A DNA stretch of 64,000 nt from Isurus oxyrinchus (Eukaryota), in contig JANJGN010000038.1 in the NCBI GenBank assembly GCA_026770705.1, positions 8,928,001-8,992,000 on the forward strand, written 5' to 3'. The notes beneath the pieces were generated by a model. The model was not told the DNA's origin. It worked only from the letters and a program-made list of their open reading frames with translations, and searched no databases. Numbering within the stretch: position 1 is the stretch's first letter; each line of letters begins with the position of its first letter. Positions 41,346 to 53,310 of this stretch are shown here, in pieces. Position numbers and translations under genes: made by a program.

Positions 41346-41349
41346 ATAA

Positions 41350-41470
41350 GTTCTGTCAAGTTCCCTCAAGTTCTGTCGAAGGGTCATGAGGACTCGAAAT
41401 GTCAACTCTTTTCTTCTCCGCCGATGCTGCCAGACCTGCTGAGTTTTTCCAGGTAATTCTGTTTTTGTTT
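41350..41470 (+). mobile_element. Penelope-like terminal fragment (second copy of 23190-23295)
   Basis: Near-identical to 23190-23295. Flanked by a possible duplication ttaacttgt (41334-41342 and 41471-41479). Confidence 0.65.
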
Positions 41471-42479
41471 TTAACTTGTAACAGATGTTCCTCATCCCTG
41501 TCATTATTTCGAAAGCTATAAATTCCTTGCAAAATGTTCTTCCCAGAACTGGACTCAAATGCTCCAGCTGAGCCAAAACGTTCTTGTGTTTTTATCCTAG
41601 GTTGCTACTTATAGAATCAAACATCCTGTATGCCGATTTATAAACATATGGGACATGTATTTTGCTCCTGCAATCCCATTACCATCATATCCTTTAATCG
41701 AGTTTTCTTATCCTTATTCTTCATTCAAAGATGATCCACTTGACAGATAGCTACGTTAAAGTTAATCTACCAACTTGTATGCCCATTTTATAAATCTGTT
41801 TATGGCTTTTGGAAGTTCAGCACCCTCGTCACATTGGTTTGCAATATTTCCAAGTTTTGTCACATCTGTAAGCTTTGAAATTATGTCACGTACACCCAAG
41901 TCAAAGCCATTATATATATCCAGAAAAAGGGTGCTGACACCAACTCCTGGCGAAATCTTCTTCCAATTAGAAACATTTTTTGACTCGTAAGGTCACTTTT
42001 TAAGAATACCGATGTAAGAGGAAAACAGCAATTTATACTGCATGTGAAGAGAGTGCTGATTGCTTGGCAAGTGGACTCCAGCAGAGGAATTGTCATGGAG
42101 AATGCACCAATTATGGCGACTGAAAGTTAACTCCCAAGCTTTGTTTGAAATTTTAGCTAGGCAGCTTGGCCTTGATTAGTCAATGCATTGCCTTGAGGAA
42201 TGAGTCAGCGAATGGCTGTCACTTATTGTGTTTAGCTGAACCAGGCACAATGTGTGTGCATGTCTTTTCTGCTTGCAAAGAACAGGGCCCTGTGTATTAA
42301 AATATGCAGCGTCCAAATACATGCAAATGCAACATTCTGCAAGCCCAAATGATAATCTAAATTGGTTGTCAGCGTTATTCTTAGTGCAATTCATTTTTTT
42401 TAACAAATGTTCTCGAGTTCTGGAATCGCATCCAATGTTGAACACTGTAATTTGAGCTTTACCAGCATGGCCCGGCCGG

Positions 42480-42950
42480 TTGGATATGTTCTGTACTTTG
42501 CCCGTTTCGAGGTTCATTGAGCAGCAACATTTGGATGATTTACGCCATTTAGAAACATTATATTTCCCTTTCTTACCGCCAAAGTGCACAACTTCACATT
42601 TGTGCACTTTGTGCTCCGATAGGAAGTCCATCTGTTGCCCTCTCCCTTAAGCTTTCGACATCAACTTTCAGCCTCCTTGTGTTCACCTCACAGCTTGCAC
42701 CCGCACCTAGCATTGAATCGTCAGCAACTCAATTATTTTCCAGGTCTTTTCCGAAGTGATTAATGCAAATTGTAGCTGAGGCCATCATTGAAAGTTGCGG
42801 CACTCCACTGGTGACAGCCTGCCAGCCTGAAAGTGCCCAGTAAACCGTATTATTTGCTTCCTCGACATTGACCGATCTTCTACTCATGCTAATGTATTCG
42901 CTTCAAACCCATGAGTTATCATCTTACGAACTAACCTTTGTGTGGAATCT
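42480..42950 (-). mobile_element. Degenerate CR1-type LINE fragment
   Basis: Minus-strand KCEVVHFGGK motif and adjacent CR1 RT-like sequence. Confidence 0.6.
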
Positions 42951-45468
42951 TGAGGGATTTAAGTTCGAAGTCCAAGTCTATGACATCAACTGGTATCTAA
43001 AAGGGGGCAAAAACGATGTCACTATCATAACCCATGAAGATCCTCCCCAATCATAGCATAAATCTATTAATGAGTTGTTCAGAATTCTTAACAATCGATT
43101 CCCACAGTTCCTGGTGACCGAAGAAAGGCTCACTGTATTTCTGGTCGACATGTGGCATTTTTTTTTACCATCTCTCTCTGTTGAAGTGCAAATAATGTCT
43201 GTCTCTCCAATTCCAAACATCTTCCTACAGCTTATCTTCTTCAGGTTTTGCAGTCGACCATCTTCAACAGCTTTGTTTCCTCCACAAATTCGGCCATTGT
43301 TGTTGTGTCATCGAGCTTCGGGTAATTATTAACGGCATTAAAAAAAAGGTTCAAATAAGGAGACTGTAGGATATCCACTTTAACAGCGCCTCAGGCCAAT
43401 TCATCTCTGTATCCGTGCCTTATAGGCACTATGCATCAACATGCTAGTAACCCCTTGAAAAATATATCCACTGATTCCAGCAACTGATTCCTTGATGAAC
43501 TACGTACAAGGACTAAAAAAGCCAAGGGTATCACATCTATTAAATGGACCCTACCTAGTGAAGTTTAATGATACAGACTCCCTTTCATGAACATATATCG
43601 ACTATATATTGAGATAACTTTACATCCTTCTGTTCCATGGCTTTATTTGCAGCAACGGTTGCACAGCATTATACACTCTGAACATCAAACTCATTACTTT
43701 GTACTTTCCTGGATCAAATTTGCATCTGCTTTTCTGGAGCACCAACCACTCTTTAATAGTCAGGGCTTTCTCTTTGATTTGTGTGCGGCACCCTGCAGGT
43801 TGCTTACGTATTTGCATAAGGAAGCTCGATTAAATTTAAGTGGCCACTTAGGTCGACGAATCAGAATTGAATTTTGGACAGCTGTTCATCAACCATGTTG
43901 ATCGCAATGTGACCTGAGTCACAACGATTCTCTGACACGCTCTATAAAAAAAAGTCATTTTTTTAATCCATGGAGATGTTTTAAATATCTGCACGAAATT
44001 CGCCTATTCCCACTTCTCTACTAACAGTAAAAGAATATATTTCTGGGTCGCAATTACTGATGATTGAAAATTTGTCTGTCTCAATATTCCACACCAATAA
44101 CATGAAAAAAATACAGTATCAATTTATTGTGCTCTCTTCGGAGAGTGTTTCTATATGCACGAGGAAATGCTGGACACATTTCCTCGGCTGGATAACATCT
44201 CGGGATTGAGAACAAAAAAACAGTTAACTGTTTCAGGTCGATGAGCTATCAACGAAACTGAAAAGTGTTAGGGGAGTTTTATGGACGTGCTGATTGGACT
44301 TTCAGTCAACATGCGTGGACTATTCAGTGGACATATTCGTGAAAAATTTATCTTGGAACATTTAATCAGTTGAAATTTCCCAATCATCTGCAAATGTTGC
44401 GGCATTTATCTCAATGGGAATTCCTTGATTTTTGAAGCACGACCATTCTGGATGACCCCGAGTCTTAATCTCATTTAAGATAATAATTTCCAACCAGTAG
44501 ATTTCCTCGGCTTAATCTTCCTACCAAATTACACCACTTCAATCTTGTTCAGAATCAAATTACTTTGCCATTTATCCTCACGAGTTTTTGATATTCTTGT
44601 ATTTGGTCACATTTATCCTTAGCATAAGCAAAACCTCAGCCCTTCCTAAATTAGCGTGGTATGCAAATGTTTTATACTATACTTCCCAACACTGAGATCA
44701 GCTCATTCAAGTCCATTGTGGTAAATGGTGGCTAAAGTTGCTATCCCCATGGGTTATCGCTCCTACTTGGCACCCGTAGTAATAACTATATTCAATTCCT
44801 GCGCTCGGCTTTTCTTTTCTGTTTGTTTTATTTTGGTGGGAGCGGTTAAAAAACCACTGGGGATATCTGGACTTTTTAAATAAGTTATTCATGGTGACCT
44901 GTGTATGTACAAGCTGAACACGTGGTAGAAGCAGACTGGATAATATTTCTTCCAAAAACGAATCACTATTTAGAAAGGAAAATAAATTACTATGAGAAAG
45001 AGCATTGGAACCGGACAAATGGAATAGCACTTTCAGGAACAGGAATAATGCGTGTACTGGCCTCCATCTGTGCAGTGCAATGCTAAGCTTTGTTATCCAT
45101 TTAGCTACCGCAAAACTGAAATAAAATATTAATAATTTTATCCTCAATTAAATAAACGGCTATAAAATGGTAGGCAAACGTGCACAAGTCAAAAAAGCAA
45201 TGGCGTAAACATAACAAAAGGCACTGGATGCTGAAGACGTGAATGTTCCGATGAAATGGCGTCGACGTGACACCTTGCCTTTCCATCTTTCTCCTCGTGA
45301 GTGTTATCTGTTTCTATATAATAACAGGTACTTTCACATGGATAAATTCCAGCTTCATTCCGACATCACATAATTTTTAATGTATTATCTGATTTCTTGT
45401 CGTTATTTTTTTTTTGCTGAGATTAATTGAGGTTCCCATTGGCCAACCCCTCGGTAATATCGGTGTAG

Positions 45469-45745
45469 ATTCCACAGACCACATCTGGATTGAAGGCTAT
45501 GAGGACGATAACGGGAACATCTGGACAAAATCTCTAACATTCATCGTCCTGTGCTTCCTGAGCATTTTCGACAGCATTGCCGTCACTCTGGTAAAGGTGA
45601 GAAGATTCAATCCACTCATGCTACAATCTGGCAGAAGCGGTCTGAAAATTTTCTAAACATTTCAACAATTAAAAGTAATAACATAAATGCACCTGATCAT
45701 AAATATCTGCTTCATTATTGTCTCCTTCTTTTACAGATCAAGTGA
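45469..45745 (+). pseudogene. IGHM: Orphan IgM-type TM1 (45469-45596) and TM2 (45737-45745) exons, copy 2, damaged
   Basis: 128-nt exon, same length as copy 1, with AG/GT ends. Encodes DSTDHIWIEGYEDDNGNIWTKSLTFIVLCFLSIFDSIAVTLVK; TM2 is ATC AAG TGA. The CART Tyr is replaced by Asp, and no CH exons are recognisable in ~40 kb upstream. Confidence 0.8.
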
Positions 45746-46959
45746 TCGGTTGAATTTGGACCTCGTAGCTTTTCCTCAGCTGTTTTTTCAGGTCTCTCTA
45801 TTCCAATATAAAATCTGTTCTCTTGGTGATTCTAAAGGTGAAATGTCTTCACTTTGTGATCCCGAATCTGTAACCGAACCTGTAGCAGTATTTCCGATTT
45901 CATGTATGAAAGGTGTGAGATGAAAATGGTTGTAATGTAATTGTAGCATCTAATTTCCCTGGAGTTAGGATTTGAATTGTAATTAAGTAACGTTTTCATT
46001 CGTTATTCGTTATTACCCCCTTCCCTTTCCTTTGAGCCTCAGTTTTCTCTTTCTGATCTATGTTCCAGTGGTACATACAATTTACCAAATCAGAGCGCAT
46101 GTGTTCTGTTCCCAACGTGACCTCAGGCATTATATTCACTTCTGTTAACTTTAAAATAAAATTTCCTGTGAAATATTCTCTGATATTACTAATAAATCTG
46201 GAATGAAAAGTGAACTAACTGTGACTTTGCTGAATTTGTTTCTCCAAGGCCCATCGACACCGCTGCATTTTCCCTGTTACACATTTCTCCCCATTTTACC
46301 ATTCCTGTCGGGGTTCTGTTTACACCCATCACCCCATCCGTGTAAGGGGACCTTTACCTCTGCCTGTTTCTGGCTATTGCCCGAGGTGGAATGATTGAAC
46401 AGGGAGGGTCACCTGGTGATTTCACTCTGGACGGTCACAGTCACATGTCTGGCAATTCTAAACTGTAGGGTTCGGCTTCATCGGAGGCTGATATAGGACA
46501 GGAAATTGGAGCAGAAAACATCCTTTAAAATACCCCATCAAACACTCCCACCGTTGGTGCAATCAGGGTCAGAAAATTGTTCAAGATCCCTCTGCAATGT
46601 CCGATTAAACACTTTGAAGTGGGGATGCCACAGGCTAGATATATAACACAGGCAGAATACGGACCACAAACCAAGGGATATTTCCAGGGGCTGGGGCGTG
46701 TCTGGCACTGCAGTATTATTAAGTACAAATCCTGCAAATTATTACAGAGCATTAGGTCTATTGGACATACGGGGGTGGGGGGGGGGGGGGGGGGGGGGGG
46801 TGCGGGGTGGGGGGGGGGGGGGGGGGTTCAAAACCGCCAAAATACTCAAAGATGGGGTCCAACTTTATGCTGCAAGTAACCATAAACATGGGGCTTGTTC
46901 ACAGATCCTGGGGCCGATCGGATACTGAGACACTGGCTTTCCATTTTCTCTTAAATACA

Positions 46960-47965
46960 CAAACAGACGCAGCCTGCACCTCGCCCTGCCACACCCCTTT
47001 CCGTTCAGCATATACATGGTCCTTATTCCAGTAAACACAGGCCGACTCTCCACTTCCACCTTTTCTGTTAAATCCATTAGCGCTGTCATTCTCCCTTCTG
47101 CTTTGATAATGAACTGTATTCCTGATCAGCTCATTCCTACTGATACCATCTCCCTGAACTCGCTGGACATCACCCCAGGGGTGAAAACAGAAAACGCTGG
47201 AAATATCAGCAGGTCTGATAGAATCTGCAGAGGCAGAAACAGATTCTCGATTCGGTATGACCCTTCTTCAGCTGAACTCGAAAGGTCAACTCTGTTGCTC
47301 TCTCCTCAGATGCTGTCAGGCCTGCTGAGTTTTTCCAGCAATTTTATTTTTGTTTCAGATTTCCAGCATCCGCAGTATTTTGCATTTATCATCCCAGGGA
47401 TTTCGTTCTACCTGCTTCATCGTTTCGTCAGACGAAACTTCAGAGCCTCCCGATCACGGGAATAACAGCAGAAGTTTCTCTTCATATCCTGCTATCTTCC
47501 AATATCATCCATCTGAAACTGCGCCACTTTTCTCCAATTCCTCAGAGTTCAGGCGCGAGGTTCCATGTTGTTGAATAAAGGAAGGGTTAGGCAGAGAAAA
47601 ATTACCTACACATCTTCAAGACTCGGAATGATATTTATGAATGAGTGGCGTTTTTGCTTAAACCCTGTCTCTCTCCCAATCTCTCTCCCTTCCTCTACCG
47701 CAAAGCCCATCAGGACATCTGAATCAACAACAGAAAAAGTTGGAAAATCTCAACAGTTCATAAAGCATCTGTGAAGAAAACCACAGGGTTAACGTTTCGA
47801 GCCCGCATGATTCTACTTCGGAGTCTTCTTATCTGAACAAAAGTCATAAAGACTCAAAACGTTAATCCTGTCTTTATCTCCACAAGTGATGTTGGACATG
47901 CTGAGGTTTTGCAGCATTTTCTCTTTTAGTTTTAGATTTCCAGAAACCGCAATATTTTGCTTTTA
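46960..47965 (+). mobile_element. Penelope-like remnant carrying two short hairpin (inverted-terminus) insertions
   Basis: PLE-like fragments. Insertion 47181-47387 has complementary arms and is flanked by atcaccccaggg / atcatcccaggg. A second hairpin lies at ~47720-47965. Confidence 0.6.
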
Positions 47966-48089
47966 CTGTTCAGGACTTCCCTCCTCTCATGGCTGCATTT
48001 TTTTTAACCGCTGTCATTGCACATGGGATTTGGGAGTGGCTTATTGATGCAATATAATGGGGATAAAACAGTAAGGCAGACTATTATTT

Positions 48090-48950
48090 AGAAATCTGCC
48101 ATTCTCTGCTTTAAACATACTCAATGATTGTACTTCCACAACTCTCCGGGATGCAGAAATACAAACATTCGCAAACCACTGAGTAAAAAACAATTCTCCT
48201 CATGTCAGTCCTAGTGGCTTTACCCTTATTTTGAAATTGTGTCCCCTGTTTCTAGATTCCCCGACCAGGGGAAACATCTGACCTTCATTTACACTTTCTT
48301 CCATTCAGGTGTTTTGTTTGTTATAATGAGATCTTTTTGCTCATGTTTGGAAACTCTGGAGAATACAGGTCCAGTGTCCCCAATCCTTCTTCACAGGACA
48401 GTCACGCCATCCCTGATGCAAATCTGGTGAGCCTTCGATTCACTCCCTCAATAACATTGACTCCCTTCCGAATGTAAGGGGGCCACACCTGCACATTGTA
48501 CCCCAGGGGTGGCCTAACCAAGATTATATACAAAGGAAATGAGAATTCACTATGGCTGTATTCAAATCCACTTGTGAGAGAAGCTAACATTCTTTTCGCC
48601 TTCCTAAATGCTTCATATGTATGCCAGGTTTCAGAGACTTATTGATGAGGGTACACAGGCCCCCTTGTACAGCTACATTTTCCAGGCTCTCACGTTTTAT
48701 GAAATAATCTGCACCTCTGTTGATCCTACCAAGCTGGTTAACCTCGCATTCTTCCACGTTAAATTTCATCTTTCCTGTTCTGTCCCCCTCACCAAGTCTG
48801 TCCAAATCGCCTTGAAACCGTTTTCCACCTTCCTCACAATACACGTTCCCACCAAGCTTTGTGTCATCCTCGAACTTGGAAATATTACATTTGGCGCTCA
48901 TATCCAAATCATTCATGTGTTGTGAACAGCTGGCTCTCAAGTAGTGAGCC
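48090..48950 (-). mobile_element. Degenerate CR1-type LINE 3' portion
   Basis: ORF 48584-48940(-) ISKFEDDTKLGG...FQGDLDRL...MKFNVEECEV and 48402-48590(-) LYIILVRPPLGYNVQVWPPY. Confidence 0.85.
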
Positions 48951-49879
48951 TTCCAATTCCCAATGGCCAGATGCTGACAAAGTTTGATATTTCACTCTAT
49001 ACTCCATCACCCCCACCACCCCCACCCCCACAACAAAAAACACACACGTAGGTCGCCGGCGCCCCTCACCCCACACCTCACACGTTGAAATGACATGCTT
49101 CAGTTACTGCTGCAGCAGCAGGAGTCCTTTGGATCACGTAAGAGTGTCACAACACTGATGGAAGCCCTTGAAGCATTAGTCTGTTTCTCGCTACACAAAA
49201 GTAGCGAGGGCTGCTGATTATTCCCAGCATTGCTGTTTTTTATTTCAGTTCCGAGCACATTGGCCCCCCCTCTCTCTCCTCTCCTGAACATACTTTTTCC
49301 AGATGAGTTCAGGGGACATTTGAATTGACGAATTTCACTGGAACATAACTTGTGCAGTGGAAATAAATCTTTATTTGAAACGAGGAGACTTCCCGCTCCG
49401 AGATACTGTGACTGTTCAGCTCTAAAAACATTGGAATAAAATCACAGAAAGATTTTGAAAAGCTGCAATCACTGACTTTCGAACCTCTGAAACCCACCCT
49501 CCCATCTGCAGGTTGGTCTGAAATGTTTTGAACAAGATCTCCCTGTGATGCTGGAGACACTGCAGCTTGTCCGCCCCTGGACTGTCACCTGCCCAAGTGG
49601 CCTTATCCTCCAAAGCCCCTTTGGATAATGACATGGAACTCGAGCCTGGTGGGTGGGAATTTCACACACCAGGCCCAAGGACAACAGGAGAGTTGGAATA
49701 GCCAGGAAACCAGCAGGACAAACAGGACTGAGGTAAATTACTTCCCAAATGCACCGTTTCTGTTAGTCATTGAATCCTGGCGGTGAAAGATGAAAACTGG
49801 CCTCACCCTGTGCTCATCACCGAGGTGAAGAGATTGGGAATAAAACAGGGTCAACTCGTATTGATAATGGATATTCTTG

Positions 49880-50781
49880 TCACTGTTTAATACATTTAAA
49901 AATTACAGAAAAGGGATATTTCACCACATTCTTCAGCTCATTTCTGAATTGAGTCTGGGTCACTGCATAAATGGCCGTGTTAGTGCAACAACTCAGGAGC
50001 TGAAATATAAATCCCAGTTCCTGCACAAACCTAGGAAGGTATACAGGAATAGCATCTAACACATATAGCCTATTACAAACAGAATTTATCATAAAAACTA
50101 ACCACAACAGGATAAAATTCCCCGATATAGAAAACAGTAAAATGATGGATTTCCTGCGTTTCTCCATCTGTGGGTCCCTGGGTCTCTCCCCACTGCAGTG
50201 AGCCCGGAGTCTCCTGCGGGCTCTGCTCGACACTAAAATATATCTGACAGTTAAAGCGTTCAACATCAAAATCAAAACAAATGGCACAAATGGTGTTAAA
50301 ATATAATGAAGACATTCGATTGCTGCCCACATTGATGAGAATTCAGCATCCGTCACTAATGTGCAAAACCAAGGAGCATTGGAAAGTGAATATTGACCTA
50401 CATACATAAAGTACCAGAATGAATCCTTCACACAGAATAGCAGACTGACTGTTCCGAGAACCACAGCCGCCGTATGCTGGGTGCAATATTTTGTTTTCAA
50501 CTTCTGGGAACAAATAGCTAGAAATCTATCAAAGGTGAAAGAGACTGTGAACCAGACAGAACAATCTGTGGCTGCATAAAGCAGGACTGCATGGATATTA
50601 CACACTTTAAACCTCCACATGAACTGAAACTGAGCCCAGTAAAGAATAGCAATTTGCCTGAATATGAGATCAAGGATAACGACCAGTAGATCCGCGGTTG
50701 CCATGGACACCAGGTAAAGGGAAACACATTTTGAGAGACCGCACCTTCCCCGAGACAGTGTCACAATAGTCAGTATGTTCA
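49880..50781 (-). CDS. GPR139/GPR142-like class A GPCR, gene 3, exon 2 (intact; spliced protein ~332 aa)
   Basis: Acceptor ttccttacAG ahead of 50781, phase 1. Encodes VNILTIVTLSRGRCGLSKC, MATADLL, FTFDRFLAIC, CTNTAIY, QFRNEL. Stop at 49880-49882. More divergent subfamily than genes 1 and 2. Confidence 0.92.
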
Positions 50782-52084
50782 CTGTAAGGAAGAGAAAGGC
50801 AGGATAGTTATTGTTTAACTTAGAGCAAATGTTACAGACTGATGGAGTGACATTTGAACAGAGTTATCCAAGGTCAGAATCTAATTACTTTACCAGTGTT
50901 TGAGCTTTACGCTGGAGGGAGTGTTTCGAGTTAAACACCATCCTGTTGTAGCAGGAAACCAAATCCTGCAGCAGGTCTCATCGCCACTTCCCTAAATTAT
51001 TCATGGAATTCGGAGTGAAAATCATTCACCCCATTACTAGTCCTGCTCAATATCCCATGAACATGCTGCAAACTGCATCACAACGATATGTAAGAAGGGC
51101 TGTGATTTGTACTGAAGGAAAATGGTTCATTTATTTATGAGAAGACATTTGAGTGGAACATTAAGGTTGTGTAAAGAAGTAAATACAGATTTGAATTCAG
51201 AAATTGTATTTCAAATCAGGATGTCCAAATGTGCCTTCCTGATAATTATTGCCTTCGCCAAAAGGCACAATGAACGCTTAGACTGTATCCCAGTAACAAA
51301 TAGACTCTCGAAAAGAAATAAAGAACAGGGAGGTAAATGGATCGCTAGACTGAAGAAAATAAATTAGAGATTGAATCAGAGCTGGCCAACACGAAGGAAC
51401 AGCAGAGAGTGGCAGCACCCAAAATTCAGGCTGGCTAGCAGGAGAGAATTTACCAATGGATCTAATGTCTGTGTTTTGGGCCAGGAATTAAATGGGCCAG
51501 TGGTTGGGAAATGAAGTTGTTACATAAGAATGCAAGAACTAGGAGCAAGAGCAAGCCATATTTCTCTTTGGTCAACTCTAATGTTCATTAAACCCATGGC
51601 CATTCTTCGAATTCTACTATCCAAATCTATCCCCATTTATCTTAATGGCCTTAGAGCACAAGAATCTACCGACCAACAGCCGTCGAGAGTTAATAATTCC
51701 GACGTTTCTCCACTTTCTGAGTGAAGAAGATTCTCTTCATCTCAATTCCAAATGGCCAACATTTTATCTCAGGGATCGAGTTCTCGACTCCCCACCTAAG
51801 GGAAACATTCTCTCAGCATCCATGCTATGAGGACACTAAATTATTTTCTATGACTCGATGAGATAATCACACATCCTCTAAATTTAAGAAGATGCATGTC
51901 AAATTTGATTGATTGATTGATTACTTAAGTATATTTTTCCTTAGGCAAGAAGGCCAAAACTGTACACATTAATCGATATGTTTTCTCACCAATCACATGC
52001 ATAATTCTATCAAAAGTTCCTTACTCGAATACAGGGAAGACTGCCATTTATTATCCTATTCACTTGCTATATTGCTGTATCCTA

Positions 52085-53310
52085 ACCTCATTACAGCTTT
52101 GTTTCAAACATGGAAAAAGGAGCTGAACTCCCGGGGGGAGGTGAGAGCGGCTGCCCTTGACATCAAGGCAACATTTGGCAGAGTGTGGCATCAAGGGCCC
52201 CTAGCAAACCTGGAGTCAATGGGAATCAGGGGGGAAATCTCTGCTGCTTCGAACCATACCTAGCAGAAAGGATGATGGTTGTGTTTGTTGGGGGTCGATC
52301 ATCTCAGCGCTAGGACTTCACTGCAGCATTCCTTCAGGGTACTGTCCTCGGCCCAACCATCTTCAGCTGCTTCATCAATGACCTTCCTTCCATCACATAG
52401 TCAGAAGTGGGATGTTCGCTACTGATTTCACAATGTTCAGCGCCATTAATGACTCCTCAGGTACTGAAGTAGCCCATGCTCAAATGCAGCAAGAGCTGGA
52501 CAATTAGCAGGCTTGCGCTGACATGTGGCAAGTATCTTGTGCACCGCTCAAGTGTCAGGCAATGACCATCTCCAACAAGGGAGAAACCAATCATCGCCCT
52601 TTGTCATTCAATGGCATTAACATCACTGAATCCCCCACTATCAAATCCTGGGGTTTACTATTGACCAGAAACGGAACTGAACAAGCCATATAAATACTAT
52701 GGCTACAAGAGCAGATTAGAGGCAAGGAATAGTGCGACGTGTAACTCACCTCCTCACCGCCAAAGCCTGTCCACCATCTGCAAGGCACAAGTCAGGAGTG
52801 TAGTGGAATGCTCCTCGCTTGCTTGGATGGGCGCAGCTCCCAGAACGCTCAAGAAGCTTGACACCATTCAGGGCAATGCATCTCGCTGGATTGGTAGCAC
52901 ATCCAAAAATATTTACACACTCCACCACTGTTGCATAGTAGCACCAGTGGGTGCCATCTACAAGATGAACTGCAGGAACTCATCAAGGCTCTTTCAGCTG
53001 CACGTTCAAACCCCGACCACTACCATCTAGAAGGAGAAGGGGAGCAGACAGATGTGAACACCACCAAACGGAAGTTCCCCTTCAAGTCACTCACCATTTT
53101 GACCTGGAAATATATCGCCGTTCCTTCTCTGTCGCTGGGCCAAAATCCTGGAATTCCCTTCAGAACAGCACTCTGGGTGCGCCTACACCCCGAAGACTAT
53201 AGCAGTTCAAGAAGGCAGCTCAGCACCACCTTCACAAAGGCAACTAGTGATGGGTAATAAATTCTGGCCCAGCCAACGAAGCCCATTTCCCATGAATGGA
53301 TAATAATAAC
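52085..53310 (+). mobile_element. L2/CR1-group LINE 3' half (RT remnant) in the intron of GPCR gene 3
   Basis: ALDIKATFGRVWHQG, QG.VLGP.IFSCFINDL, MECSSLAWMGAAP motifs, with stops and frameshifts. The 3' tail is shared with the SINE family. Confidence 0.85.

Noticed and set aside
44890-45090. V-like fragments (VTCV, TGLHLCSA) upstream of TM copy 2
   Set aside because: Cys-Cys spacing is too short and the motifs fall in different frames.
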